Shown here piece after piece: positions 54,997-64,000 of a DNA stretch of 64,000 bases. The notes beneath the pieces were generated by a model, which was given only the letters and a program-made list of their open reading frames with translations, had not been told where the DNA came from and ran no database searches. The translations under genes were made by a program, and so were the position numbers. Numbering within the stretch: position 1 is the stretch's first letter; each line of letters starts with the position of its first letter. This DNA comes from Gammaproteobacteria bacterium. GTDB taxonomy: Bacteria > Pseudomonadota > Gammaproteobacteria > SZUA-229. Location of the stretch: contig JAPHSS010000035.1 of NCBI GenBank assembly GCA_026195255.1, positions 12,858-76,857 on the forward strand. Direction: 5' to 3'.

Positions 54997-56355
54997 ATGA
55001 TAAGCAGCATTAACAACCCATTTAACTACCTTAGTAGCCACCTCACAAGACTGGTAAAAGGCAGGCTCTGGTTAAAAGTTTTAATTGGTATGATTTTGGG
55101 CATTTCTGTAGGCATGTTAATTGGCCCCACGACAGGATGGTTTGAAGCTGATACCGCGACAACGATAGGAAACTGGCTAGCCTTGCCAGGCCAACTATTT
55201 CTTACCCTGATTCAAATGATTGTAATGCCATTAATCTTTGCTTCAGTGGTGCTCGGTTTAACCGCCAGTGAAAGCTTTGAGCAGCTACGCAAGATGGGCA
55301 TAGGGGTTGTTGTTTATTTCATTATTACCACAACTATTGCAATTATTATTGGTATTAGTGTTGCTTCAACAATCAAACCCGGCAACTTTGTAGATGCCGA
55401 CAGCCTGAAAATCACCGCGCAAGCCGGCGCTTCATCTGTAGCGCCTGTAGAAGCCGTTACACCGACTTTATCTGAACTACCAGACAAGCTGGTGACTATA
55501 CTTCCCAGCAATCCATTGAGCTCTATGGTCGAAGGCCAGATGTTACAGGTTGTGCTTTTCGCGATGATCATAGGTGTCGCACTGGTAATGATGAATGCCG
55601 CTCAGGCAAGACCTTTACTGGAATTAATGGCATCTCTTCAGGAGGTGAGTATGACAGTGGTAGGCTGGGCAATGAGACTGGCCCCCCTTGCCGTATTTGG
55701 TCTAATGGCACAGTTAACCACCAAGATAGGTTTAAATGCAATTTTAGGTATGGGTGTATATGTTGGAACGGTGTTACTTGGACTACTAATACTGATGTCA
55801 TTTTATCTAGTTCTTATATTTCCGCTTACAAGAGAGCAACCCTTTCACTTTCTACACAGTACCAAAGATGTATTGTTGTTGGCTTTTTCCACATCCAGTT
55901 CTGCAGCCGTCATGCCCCTTTCTATTAAAACGGCTGAAGAAAAACTAAATGTACACCCTTCAGTTTCTCAATTTGTTATCCCATTAGGGGCAACAATCAA
56001 TATGAATGGCACGGCTTTATACCAGGGTGTCGCAACCATATTTTTAGCGCAGGTGTTTGGTGTAGACCTGAGCATGAGTGCTCTCATTTTAGTTATCGTT
56101 ACTGCCGTTGGTGCATCAATTGGTTCACCAGGCACCCCTGGTGTTGGAATTATCATTCTTGCCATGGTGTTAGAAACAGCCGGTATACCAACAGCTGGCA
56201 TTGTTCTGATTCTTGGCGTAGACCGTATTCTTGATATGAGTCGCACAGCTGTCAATGTAAGTGGCGATCTGGTTGCCGCTAAATTAATGGATCGCTGGAT
56301 GATTAAATCTGAAATGCTTGAGTCTCACACGCCTGCACCAGTAATAGAAAAATAA
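54997..56355 (+). CDS. Dicarboxylate/amino acid:cation symporter (DAACS family)
   Basis: AFSTSSSAAVMPLSIKTAEE, VIPLGATINMNGTALYQGVATIFLAQ and DRILDMSRTAVNVSGD. The start is taken at MISSINNPF. Confidence 0.85.
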   Translation: MISSINNPFNYLSSHLTRLVKGRLWLKVLIGMILGISVGMLIGPTTGWFEADTATTIGNWLALPGQLFLTLIQMIVMPLIFASVVLGLTASESFEQLRKMGIGVVVYFIITTTIAIIIGISVASTIKPGNFVDADSLKITAQAGASSVAPVEAVTPTLSELPDKLVTILPSNPLSSMVEGQMLQVVLFAMIIGVALVMMNAAQARPLLELMASLQEVSMTVVGWAMRLAPLAVFGLMAQLTTKIGLNAILGMGVYVGTVLLGLLILMSFYLVLIFPLTREQPFHFLHSTKDVLLLAFSTSSSAAVMPLSIKTAEEKLNVHPSVSQFVIPLGATINMNGTALYQGVATIFLAQVFGVDLSMSALILVIVTAVGASIGSPGTPGVGIIILAMVLETAGIPTAGIVLILGVDRILDMSRTAVNVSGDLVAAKLMDRWMIKSEMLESHTPAPVIEK

Positions 56356-56391
56356 GATTACAAAATGTATCTAAATAACGAAGCGTAAATA

Positions 56392-56430
56392 CCGCTAATA
56401 AAAACTAAAATGGTTATTTTTTATTAGCGG
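56392..56430. terminator. 13-bp-stem hairpin between convergent genes
   Basis: CCGCTAATAAAAA - 13-nt loop - TTTTTATTAGCGG. Confidence 0.5.
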
Positions 56431-56500
56431 GTGTAATTCGCAAGAAATTAATCTGATCGGATAATAACAGGTATTTAATCTATTAATAAACCACGTCTAA

Positions 56501-56731
56501 TTATTTTAATTTTTTTCGTATCCCATGAAAAACATATCCTGATAAAAAACCAACAACTAATAACACCAGAATCAATATAATACGTGACATTTGAAATTTC
56601 CAGAAAAGAAAATTTATACTGACTATTTCTGAGTTTTGCAAAATAAATAATAGAATAAACGCCACACCTATCAGCCCTATTGTCAGATGATATTTCTCTA
56701 AAAATGTTTTTTTCATCATAATAAAATACAC
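56501..56731 (-). CDS. LapA-domain (DUF1049-like) small membrane protein
   Basis: Two TM segments. NSEIVSINFLFWKFQMSRIILILV fits the LapA-domain pattern. The start is uncertain (Met1, 5 or 6). Confidence 0.5.
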   Translation of the reverse strand: MYFIMMKKTFLEKYHLTIGLIGVAFILLFILQNSEIVSINFLFWKFQMSRIILILVLLVVGFLSGYVFHGIRKKLK

Positions 56732-56815
56732 CTATAATAAATATTTAACACATGACTTAAACTATTTTGAGACTAACTTATAAAACTAAAACGATGCAGC
56801 ACCGCTCGATTTTCA

Positions 56816-57889
56816 TCAGGCACCCGCGAATCCTATATTTCCAGATTTACCAACATCAGGTTTAATATCTCTTGGCACAATACCGCGTAATAATCTACCA
56901 AGAATATCGGTACCTGTAATGACACGTTTTTCATCAGACCAGATAAGAATAATATCATTTTCAATAACATCATCCACTTCAGATTTCGGGTAAACCCTCA
57001 AACCGGATAACACCTTACCAAGTAAGGTATTAGCATTATCAACTATAATAGGTCGATGGCAATAAATATGTGGATTAATGGTTTCTACATCAAACAGAGC
57101 TGCACGCAGAAAAGCATTTGCATTTAATACCATACAGGGTTGATTTTTCTCATCAGTAATAATTACCCACTTCTTACCAGAGCTGTTCACCTCCTGCAAA
57201 AACGCATCCTCTGCACGTCCCGCAAACTCCGGGAACTCCGGAATACCATTTTTTGTTGGTAGACTTATTACACTCTCAGGATCTACATACTCACCTTCCT
57301 GTGTCACATTTATATCATCCAGGGCCAGAAAATTCATGGCGCCAATTCCTTCCAGCCTATCAATATCCGATTCTTCTGCTTCAATATGTTTGCGAATCAA
57401 AGTGCGTAAATCACGTTCTCCGAAATAACGAATACCTTCTTTACCTAACCACATATTCAGTATCATGGCACTTGGTCTGGCTACCGGATAAAGAAGAAAC
57501 TGATAAAAGCGTAATATGGGCGCCAGCAACGCACCCATTCTCATGGCGTGTCGCGAGAAATAGGCCTGAGGAAAAATCTCCCCCAGAAACGTGATAAGAA
57601 TGGTCGAGAATAAAAAAGCCGTCATTCCAGCCATCACTGAATTGGACAATAAGGTCAGTAAAACATTAATAGAAACATTTCCCCAGAGTATGGTAGTCAG
57701 TAGAAAATTGAAGTCTTTACGTAATGCCAGAATTTTCAGTGCATTAGCATTTCCAGTTGAGGCCTCTACTTCTAGACGTAAACGACTAATACCGAGTAAT
57801 GCCAGATTAAGACCAGAGAACATTGCCGACTGAGTAATACAAAACAAGATGCCTATCCACACTAATGCATTTACAGACAATGTTTCCAT
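56816..57889 (-). CDS. CNNM/DUF21 transmembrane domain + CBS pair protein (CorB/hemolysin-family-like, no CorC_HlyC tail)
   Basis: N-terminal SAMFSGLNLALLGISRLRLEV...LLTTILWGNVSINVLL...GEIFPQAYF is DUF21. It is followed by CBS-like segments. Confidence 0.7.
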   Translation of the reverse strand: METLSVNALVWIGILFCITQSAMFSGLNLALLGISRLRLEVEASTGNANALKILALRKDFNFLLTTILWGNVSINVLLTLLSNSVMAGMTAFLFSTILITFLGEIFPQAYFSRHAMRMGALLAPILRFYQFLLYPVARPSAMILNMWLGKEGIRYFGERDLRTLIRKHIEAEESDIDRLEGIGAMNFLALDDINVTQEGEYVDPESVISLPTKNGIPEFPEFAGRAEDAFLQEVNSSGKKWVIITDEKNQPCMVLNANAFLRAALFDVETINPHIYCHRPIIVDNANTLLGKVLSGLRVYPKSEVDDVIENDIILIWSDEKRVITGTDILGRLLRGIVPRDIKPDVGKSGNIGFAGA

Positions 57890-57969
57890 TTATAGTTTCC
57901 CAATTATTTATTCGAATAACGTATACTTTAACGTCAACCATAAACTAATAGTAGAAAATTAACCGCATT

Positions 57970-58605
57970 ATGGAACACTGGACTGAATACTCACGCTTTT
58001 TAATCGCCCTGTTCGTTATCCTCGACCCGTTTGCAGCCGTACCCATATTTTTAGTACTGACTAAAGGTTATAGTTCCTCTGAACGCAACAGAATCACCAA
58101 TATTTCCGCGATCACGGTATTCATTGTGCTGGTTGTCTCCGCTCTAACCGGTGAAGCTTTATTAAAAACCATGGGCACAAGCCTGGCATCGTTTCGTGTT
58201 GGTGGGGGTATTGTGCTGCTCATGATGGCCTTGTCTATGTTGCGTGCGCAACCAGATGCGGTGAGGTCTACCCCTGAAGAAGAAGCCGAAGCAGAAGACA
58301 AACATGCCATAGCTGTGGTGCCATTAGCCATTCCCTTAATGGCCGGCCCTGGTTCTATCAGTAATGTAATTATTCAAATGCATCGCTCAGATACAGAGTT
58401 TCACGCTGCACTGGTTATTCTTTGCATAGCCCTGGTATGTCTGTCGATCTGGATAGTGTTTCGCATGGCTGGAAAAATTGGTAAACTTTTAGGGCAAACC
58501 GGACTCAATATTATAAATCGTTTATTTGGTTTGATTCTGGCTGCCATTGCTATAGAAATTATGGCAAACGGTCTTAAGCAACTCTTTCCAGCTCTTGGCG
58601 GTTAA
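57970..58605 (+). CDS. MarC family (UPF0056) membrane protein
   Basis: FLIALFVILDPFAAVPIFLVLT and VVPLAIPLMAGPGSIS. Confidence 0.8.
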   Translation: MEHWTEYSRFLIALFVILDPFAAVPIFLVLTKGYSSSERNRITNISAITVFIVLVVSALTGEALLKTMGTSLASFRVGGGIVLLMMALSMLRAQPDAVRSTPEEEAEAEDKHAIAVVPLAIPLMAGPGSISNVIIQMHRSDTEFHAALVILCIALVCLSIWIVFRMAGKIGKLLGQTGLNIINRLFGLILAAIAIEIMANGLKQLFPALGG

Positions 58606-58724
58606 GATTTATTCATAATTAAACGAAGATTTTAATCTGCTCAAAACTGACGTAAAAACACAATGTTTTTACGTTGTTTTACTGTCTAGAAAATATTTAG
58701 CTTAGAATAAAGCCAGCCGTGTTA

Positions 58725-60392
58725 TTAGCTGCTTTTTTCTAATTCACTATTATCTTTTTCAGGTCTCTGCACTTCAGCGACCACATTCAATTCATTAAGC
58801 AGTGTCATCGCTTTAATCATTTGACGAGCCATTCTACGGACGCGACTATTCTGCTCCAGAATATCAATCATATTTTCCACAGGTATACGCAACTCTGCTC
58901 CTGCCAACAGCAAAACTTCTTTTACGTCATCATAAACATTTTGCACCTGTTGAAGCTGATTTTCACATTCTATAATAGAAAAATCTTTTTCATCCGGGTT
59001 GGCCATGGAAATTAAACTAACAACTTCAACACGATAATGAGAAATTTCTATTAATAATTTTTCATCATCCAGCCTGGGCAGTTCACTCTGAGCTTTAACA
59101 ACATACATTGCCTGATCTGCACAGGCCAGAAGATGCTGCTCTGCCCTCAGTACCTTAGCCAGTTGCTCTGCAACATCACCACTGAGTAATCCTTTCTCGA
59201 GGTGTGTTATAAACTCCGCTACCGCTGAGGATAATTTTTTTACAACCATATAATCCGATTTAAAGCGTTTCCCGGGTTTAGAATCTGCACTTAACGCTTC
59301 CAGTGCCATACGCCTTGTTACACTTGCAATACGTGATAATTCAAGCGCCAGCGCATTCAGCGCCAACATAGGTGAAACCGCTACGGTTTTATCAAGATAC
59401 CTGGCACGCCCTTCGGTTTCTTCCTGGGTAACAAAACGTGCTTCGAGAAAGCGCGCAAGCTTGCTGCTCATTGGCCACATTATGAGCACACCAAGTATAT
59501 TAAATACCGTGTGAAACAAGGCGAGCGTGACAGCGGGAATTTCTTCAAGACCAAATAAATCACTCGTTGTTTTCACGATCAAAAACAGTATGGGTAAAGT
59601 TAATAAGGCGACCATCCCGGTTACAAAATTAAAAATCACATGCGCTGCTGCGACACGTTTAGCACTGGCAGTTGCGCCAATCACGGCAATAGCGGCGGTT
59701 GATGTGGTGCCAACATTTGCGCCTATAACCATAGCAGCCGCTGCATATAAACTCAGCATGCCCCCGGTTGCGGCGGTAAGGGTTATTGCAATGGCTGCAC
59801 TTGATGACTGTGTAAGAACCGTCATAAGAAAACCAATACCGACAAACAGGAAGACACCTGCAATACCATCCACAGTAATTTTTTGTAGATCAATTGCCAT
59901 TGCGATACCTTGAAAAATCTCTTTAAGTACATCAATGCCAATAAAGAAAAGCCCGAATCCCGCGAGCGCCAGTCCCAGTGGTTTACGCCGACTTTCTCCG
60001 CCGGTTAAGCTCAAGAGCATGCCTATGCCTATTAATGGCAAGGCAAATGTTTCCACTTTAATATTGAAGCCCATTATCGCCACCAGCCAGCCGGTCATGG
60101 TGGTGCCGATATTAGAACCATAAACAATACCAAGAGCCTGGTACATGCTCAGCAGACCCGCGTTAACAAAACCGATGGTCGCCACGGTAACAGCGGCGGA
60201 TGATTGTACGATGGCTGTAATCCCTATGCCGGTAACAATGCCACGAGCGGGTGAACGGGTTGATTTTGCCAACATACCACGCAAGGCATGACCCGCTGCC
60301 GTCTTCAGGCCATCGGTGATCATGGTTACGGCGAGCATGAACAGCCCCAGACCACCTGCTAACATACCTATGGTCATTAGATTCAGTTGCAT
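58725..60392 (-). CDS. Na/Pi cotransporter family protein with PhoU-like C-terminal domain
   Basis: Duplicated GSNIGTTMTGW / GANVGTTSTAA motifs in the membrane part. The helical C-terminal ~220 aa is PhoU-like. Confidence 0.8.
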   Translation of the reverse strand: MQLNLMTIGMLAGGLGLFMLAVTMITDGLKTAAGHALRGMLAKSTRSPARGIVTGIGITAIVQSSAAVTVATIGFVNAGLLSMYQALGIVYGSNIGTTMTGWLVAIMGFNIKVETFALPLIGIGMLLSLTGGESRRKPLGLALAGFGLFFIGIDVLKEIFQGIAMAIDLQKITVDGIAGVFLFVGIGFLMTVLTQSSSAAIAITLTAATGGMLSLYAAAAMVIGANVGTTSTAAIAVIGATASAKRVAAAHVIFNFVTGMVALLTLPILFLIVKTTSDLFGLEEIPAVTLALFHTVFNILGVLIMWPMSSKLARFLEARFVTQEETEGRARYLDKTVAVSPMLALNALALELSRIASVTRRMALEALSADSKPGKRFKSDYMVVKKLSSAVAEFITHLEKGLLSGDVAEQLAKVLRAEQHLLACADQAMYVVKAQSELPRLDDEKLLIEISHYRVEVVSLISMANPDEKDFSIIECENQLQQVQNVYDDVKEVLLLAGAELRIPVENMIDILEQNSRVRRMARQMIKAMTLLNELNVVAEVQRPEKDNSELEKSS

Positions 60393-60396
60393 AAAG

Positions 60397-61704
60397 TTAA
60401 AGCATCCCCGAAAGTAAGGTGGCTATCCCCAGGAAGGCAAAAAAGCCCACCACGTCGGTCACCGTTGTCAGAATAATAGATGATGACTGGGCTGGATCCT
60501 GACCCAGTGATGAAAGAATAACCGGAATAATGGCACCTGAGAATGCAGCGCTAACCATGGCAATCACCATGGAAGAGCCAATCACCAGCGCCAGCCCGAT
60601 AGACGAACTCCAGACCAGCACACCCAGCGCGGTCAGCACAGCGATAGAAACCCCGTTAATAAATGCCGCCCCTACCTCCTTCCAGACAACACGTAACCAC
60701 TGGCTGGTGCCAATTTCCCTCAATGCCAGCCCACGCATGGTAACCGCCAGTGCCTGTGCACCGGTGTTGCCGGATTGCCCTGCCACCACTGGTAGCAGCA
60801 CCGCCAGTGCGGTAAATTGTGCAATCGTGCTTTCAAACAGCCCGACCACCGAGGCTGCCAGAAAGGCAGTTAACAGATTGATTGATAACCAGGGCAGACG
60901 TTTACTCACCACAAAACGAATTGGTGACAGTGCTCGTTCGTCTCGACTTGCACCCACCATGGTCAGAATATCGATACTACTTTCTTCACGCACCGCTTCA
61001 ACTAAAGCATCATAGTGAATAATACCAATAAGGCGGCCAGTAATATCCAGCACCGGAAGGTCAGTAATACGGTGACTTTCCAGCAGCTCCACCACCTCTT
61101 CCCTGGTCGCTGTGGCGATTACCATACTCGGCACAGGTTTCATTAAGTTAAGCAAGATATCTTCCGCTTCGGCAAGCGCCAAACGGTGCATTTCAACCAT
61201 ACCCTGTGGCCGACCTTCACTGTCTATTATATAAAGCTGTCGAGTGAAATGAGGTTTAAATTTACGTATCCTGTGTAACACTTCTCTTACTGTGAGGTTT
61301 TCATTCAATAACAGAAAACGTGGGTTCATCAATGAGCCCGCACTATTCTCCGGGTACTGTACCAGGGTACTTAACTCACGTTGTCGGTTACTGTCCACCA
61401 GCATTAACATTGGCTGGCGATTCTCATCAGATAATCTCGACAATACCCGGGCGGCATGTATCGGGTCACCTCTCTGTAATACCTGTCGGCTATTTTTTTC
61501 AGCCAGTCGTTGTAATACCAGGCCGGCGACATCCAGCAATAAACCATCCCATAATCTAATCATATCAATGGCAGGCAGTGTCTGTAACAGTTCAACAATA
61601 TCATCCACGGGTAATTGATTAACCGCCTGTTGCGCAGGTTGAGGGTGACGCTGAAGAAAATCCTGATTCAGGGCGTGAACAGCGTACATTGCATTAGCGC
61701 TCAT
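60397..61704 (-). CDS. mgtE: Magnesium transporter MgtE (full length: N-domain, CBS pair, 5-TM pore)
   Basis: AGSLMNPRF, a CBS pair, then RLPWLSINLLTAFLAASVVGLFE, PVVAGQSGNTGAQALAV and LTTVTDVVGFFAFLG. Confidence 0.9.
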   Translation of the reverse strand: MSANAMYAVHALNQDFLQRHPQPAQQAVNQLPVDDIVELLQTLPAIDMIRLWDGLLLDVAGLVLQRLAEKNSRQVLQRGDPIHAARVLSRLSDENRQPMLMLVDSNRQRELSTLVQYPENSAGSLMNPRFLLLNENLTVREVLHRIRKFKPHFTRQLYIIDSEGRPQGMVEMHRLALAEAEDILLNLMKPVPSMVIATATREEVVELLESHRITDLPVLDITGRLIGIIHYDALVEAVREESSIDILTMVGASRDERALSPIRFVVSKRLPWLSINLLTAFLAASVVGLFESTIAQFTALAVLLPVVAGQSGNTGAQALAVTMRGLALREIGTSQWLRVVWKEVGAAFINGVSIAVLTALGVLVWSSSIGLALVIGSSMVIAMVSAAFSGAIIPVILSSLGQDPAQSSSIILTTVTDVVGFFAFLGIATLLSGML

Positions 61705-62576
61705 TTTTTATCACCTCTGTTTGCCCTGGCTATGCCCAGCACACTATCTAACAGTTGCGCCAGACTTAGCCAGTAAAGACCCGCCAGAGACAACATGTTT
61801 TCAAGTGGATCATTCATAACCATGCCATCAGATTCACCTAACGTTTCCTGCAGATAACTGTAATCTAGCGCACCGATCAAGGTGCCATCCCGTTCCACCA
61901 TGGGTAATCTGCGATGCGTTTTCCAGCCGGGGTGTAACAACAACGAAGATGCGTTTACGTGCGCCGGGATCGACAGTGTTTTTCGCTTCATAATAGTCCG
62001 CAACAGGACATGGTGACTCGTGATAAAAAGCTTACCCAGTTCAACCACGCCAGTTAACTTGTGAGCATCGTTCACAATATATATGTCACAGGCAAGCGTA
62101 TGTTCAACTTTTTCAAAACGTCGAATAGCATCGGCAACCGTTATATTTTCTGGCAACAGGTCAACCACCGGGTTCAAAAGCGCACCCGCTGATGTGGGTG
62201 AATAAGCCATGTACCGTCGCAACTGACTTCTAGGTTTATCTGATAAAACTGCCAGCAATTCAGCTTGTTTAGTGCTCGATAGTAAACGGTAAATTCGAGC
62301 AAGCGAAACGATGGGTAATACACTCACCAGTTTTGCCATCAGGGCATCTGAAAACATTAAAAAACAGGCAACTGCCTTCTCTGGCACCATGGCTGCCAGT
62401 ACAGGCGAACATATTTGTAATGGCAAGGCATTAAATAGAGCCGCCACATGTTCATCGGGTACCTGCTCAAGAACACGTGCTGCTTCATTGGGGTATGATG
62501 TGAGAAATTCTCGGGATAGCGGATTATCGACTTTCACATCAACTGCCTTTCTCAATGATGATGGTGACCTGCTCAT
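61701..62576 (-). CDS. Soluble MgtE-like protein (MgtE N-domain + CBS pair, no pore domain)
   Basis: YPNEAARVLEQVPDEHVAALFNALP (MgtE_N-like), SAGALLNPVVDLLPENITVADAIRR, then CBS-like segments. It ends after one amphipathic helix. Its stop overlaps the mgtE ATG (ATGA). An alternative GTG start lies at 62537. Confidence 0.7.
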   Translation of the reverse strand: MSRSPSSLRKAVDVKVDNPLSREFLTSYPNEAARVLEQVPDEHVAALFNALPLQICSPVLAAMVPEKAVACFLMFSDALMAKLVSVLPIVSLARIYRLLSSTKQAELLAVLSDKPRSQLRRYMAYSPTSAGALLNPVVDLLPENITVADAIRRFEKVEHTLACDIYIVNDAHKLTGVVELGKLFITSHHVLLRTIMKRKTLSIPAHVNASSLLLHPGWKTHRRLPMVERDGTLIGALDYSYLQETLGESDGMVMNDPLENMLSLAGLYWLSLAQLLDSVLGIARANRGDKK

Positions 62577-63369
62577 CAAATATTTTTGCCGGCATATCAA
62601 CAGTGCCGCTCTCCGTTTCAATAATCACCCGTGACATCATGATATTCATCAAACGCCCTTCAATATCACCAACGCGCACCTTATCCCCTATCTGATAAAT
62701 TTGCCGTAGCTGATTAGCGGCAATAATGTTACTCACATGCGTACGCGCTCCCAGACCAAATGCCAGTGCTATTCCACCTAACATAGCAGCAAGCACAATC
62801 CCCGCGATAATCGACAGAAACATAATGTCGATACCAATTTGATCAATACCCAGAATAATGGCGAATAAAAGGATGCTAATCTGTGCTGTTCGTGACAGTA
62901 AATCACCATGAGATAAACCCGCTGATTCTGCGGCTGAAGCCACCAGATCTCGAACCAGTGAGCTGACCACAAAACCCACCAGCATGATAAGTAGTCCGGC
63001 GACGGCCAATGGCAGGTAGGTGACCGTTTTCTTTAACCAGGTACCAAAAATACCCAGCCCGAGTATTTCAGTAGCCAGCGTGACAAAAACCAGCATTAAC
63101 AACCAGAACACCAGCTGACCTACAATACGTGTTGGTGGATGATTGGGCTGCAAATACTCAATACCCCGTTTCAAAACCAGCCGTTGCCACAGAACGTCCA
63201 GTTTTCTGATTGTGCGCACGACCAGAAAACTTAATAATCGTGCCAACAACCAGCCGACCAGCAGCAACAATACTGCAGCTGCAATTCTGGGCATATACAA
63301 AATGGTTTCAGCTAACATGTTTTGAAACACTGCAGTTAAAGCTTCAAATGTAAAAACAGATTCATTCAT
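62539..63369 (-). CDS. MscS-like / conserved-TM-helix mechanosensitive channel family protein (short C-terminus)
   Basis: 276 aa with several TM helices, then IGDKVRVGDIEGRLMNIMMSRVIIETESGTVDMPAKIF (MscS beta-domain-like). The protein ends soon afterwards. Confidence 0.55.
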   Translation of the reverse strand: MNESVFTFEALTAVFQNMLAETILYMPRIAAAVLLLLVGWLLARLLSFLVVRTIRKLDVLWQRLVLKRGIEYLQPNHPPTRIVGQLVFWLLMLVFVTLATEILGLGIFGTWLKKTVTYLPLAVAGLLIMLVGFVVSSLVRDLVASAAESAGLSHGDLLSRTAQISILLFAIILGIDQIGIDIMFLSIIAGIVLAAMLGGIALAFGLGARTHVSNIIAANQLRQIYQIGDKVRVGDIEGRLMNIMMSRVIIETESGTVDMPAKIFDEQVTIIIEKGS

Positions 63370-63590
63370 GATTTTTTTCGCCTGAAAATAACAATCGTTG
63401 AATTACAGATTTGTCATAACTTATGACCTTAATAAAACAGCAGTATGGTTTTGCGAACATGTAGTATCTCTTGCATACCTGGGATCAGTATGATTTAAAC
63501 TCGAAATTGTATATTGATTGATGACTCTTTAAATCATAGAGTATATTTTTTTATCCGGCATTTCACTAACAAAACAAAAGCCCTGAGTAT

Positions 63591-63623
63591 ATTAATGTAA
63601 TTAATTATAATAATTACATTAAT
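63591..63623. promoter_or_regulatory. 13-bp-arm AT-rich inverted repeat in a divergent intergenic region
   Basis: ATTAATGTAATTA - ATTATAA - TAATTACATTAAT, between the MscS-like operon start (63369) and the CNNM-like gene start (63819). Confidence 0.35.
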
Positions 63624-63818
63624 TAATGATATTTCACTTCACACAACTTTATAACACCATTAATATCACCTCATCAACAAAGTAATAACAGTTATCACTA
63701 CCTCTTTCAAAATTCGTTTATGTTTAGTCGAGCATTAAAGACAGGTCAGTCGTATATATCTATTTATTAGTTAATGTTACTTTGTGTTCAGCATTTTCTA
63801 TATTTAACAGGAATATAA

Positions 63819-64000
63819 ATGGATAACATTTCGCTTAGCCTGCTCGCCGTTGTTGTTTTGCTTGCGGCCAATGGTTTTTTTGTTGCTGCCGAATTTGCGC
63901 TGGTAAAAGCCAGAGGTTTTCGTATTGAAAGCATGGCAAATGAGGGCCGCGCCACAGCTAAACTCACCTTGCGAATCCAGCACAATCTGGAAGCATATTT
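63819..64000 (+). CDS. CNNM/DUF21 (CorB/TlyC-family) membrane protein, 5' part only
   Basis: My own translation from the ATG at 63819 reads MDNISLSLLAVVVLLAANGFFVAAEFALVKARGFRIESMANEGRATAKLTLRIQHNLEAY, the typical DUF21 N-terminus. The frame runs off the window edge. Confidence 0.75.
   Translation, partial: MDNISLSLLAVVVLLAANGFFVAAEFALVKARGFRIESMANEGRATAKLTLRIQHNLEAY

Noticed and set aside
57890-63818. A Mg2+ (M-box) or other cation riboswitch upstream of mgtE or the CNNM genes.
   Set aside because: mgtE is internal to an operon with no leader. I could not recognise M-box-like conserved segments by eye in 57890-57969 or 63370-63818. Only an AT-rich inverted repeat is present. This needs a covariance-model scan to exclude properly.
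1-64000. tRNA, rRNA, tmRNA, RNase P, integrase, phage, toxin-antitoxin or known defence-system genes.
   Set aside because: I recognised no T-loop/acceptor-type tRNA signatures or rRNA-like conserved blocks in the intergenic regions. No ORF shows integrase, nuclease-helicase, reverse-transcriptase or toxin-antitoxin motifs. This absence is based on visual inspection only.

Overview
This is a chromosomal segment from an AT-rich, Gammaproteobacteria-like genome. The taxon cannot be fixed from the sequence alone. I count about 60 protein genes and recognise no rRNA, tRNA or CRISPR array. Housekeeping and transport content: two RND efflux operons (1-4902 with a TetR regulator, and 44594-48840); glutathione-dependent formaldehyde detoxification (frmA/frmB); a yhiI-rbbA-yhhJ-type ABC exporter operon that is visibly GC-richer than its surroundings; ptsP; a class I aldolase; a SulP permease with a tandem Usp protein; and a Mg/phosphate/cation transport cluster (56.8-64 kb). 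A large share of the window is redox, N-oxide and sulfur accessory genes: cytochrome P460; a membrane-anchored octaheme cytochrome with a cytochrome b partner and an FNR/Dnr-type box; an NsrR / ferredoxin-reductase / truncated-haemoglobin operon with an NsrR-like box; a Cys-less Crp/Fnr regulator next to a hemerythrin; an HPP protein; two atypical DsrC/TusE-like proteins; and a Cyc2-like fused monoheme cytochrome-porin. Mobile and repeat content: two RAYT (REP-associated tyrosine transposase) genes, one in a textbook REPtron arrangement, plus a dispersed REP family with core GAGTCTGACCCCTTGA. I found no recognisable defence or toxin system. The best candidates for undescribed biology are: (i) the CBS / 65-aa protein / N-domain::Cys-less DsrC-like / HPP operon (9211-11485); (ii) the Cyc2-like gene with its divergent 4-TM plus Gly-rich lipoprotein pair (26200-29122); (iii) the AT-rich giant Sel1-repeat secreted protein plus Cys-rich lipoprotein module beside the REPtron (40733-44142); (iv) the MscS-like / soluble MgtE-sensor paralogue / MgtE / Na-Pi operon (58725-63369). 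All functional calls rest on by-eye motif recognition of the supplied translations. No database search was run.
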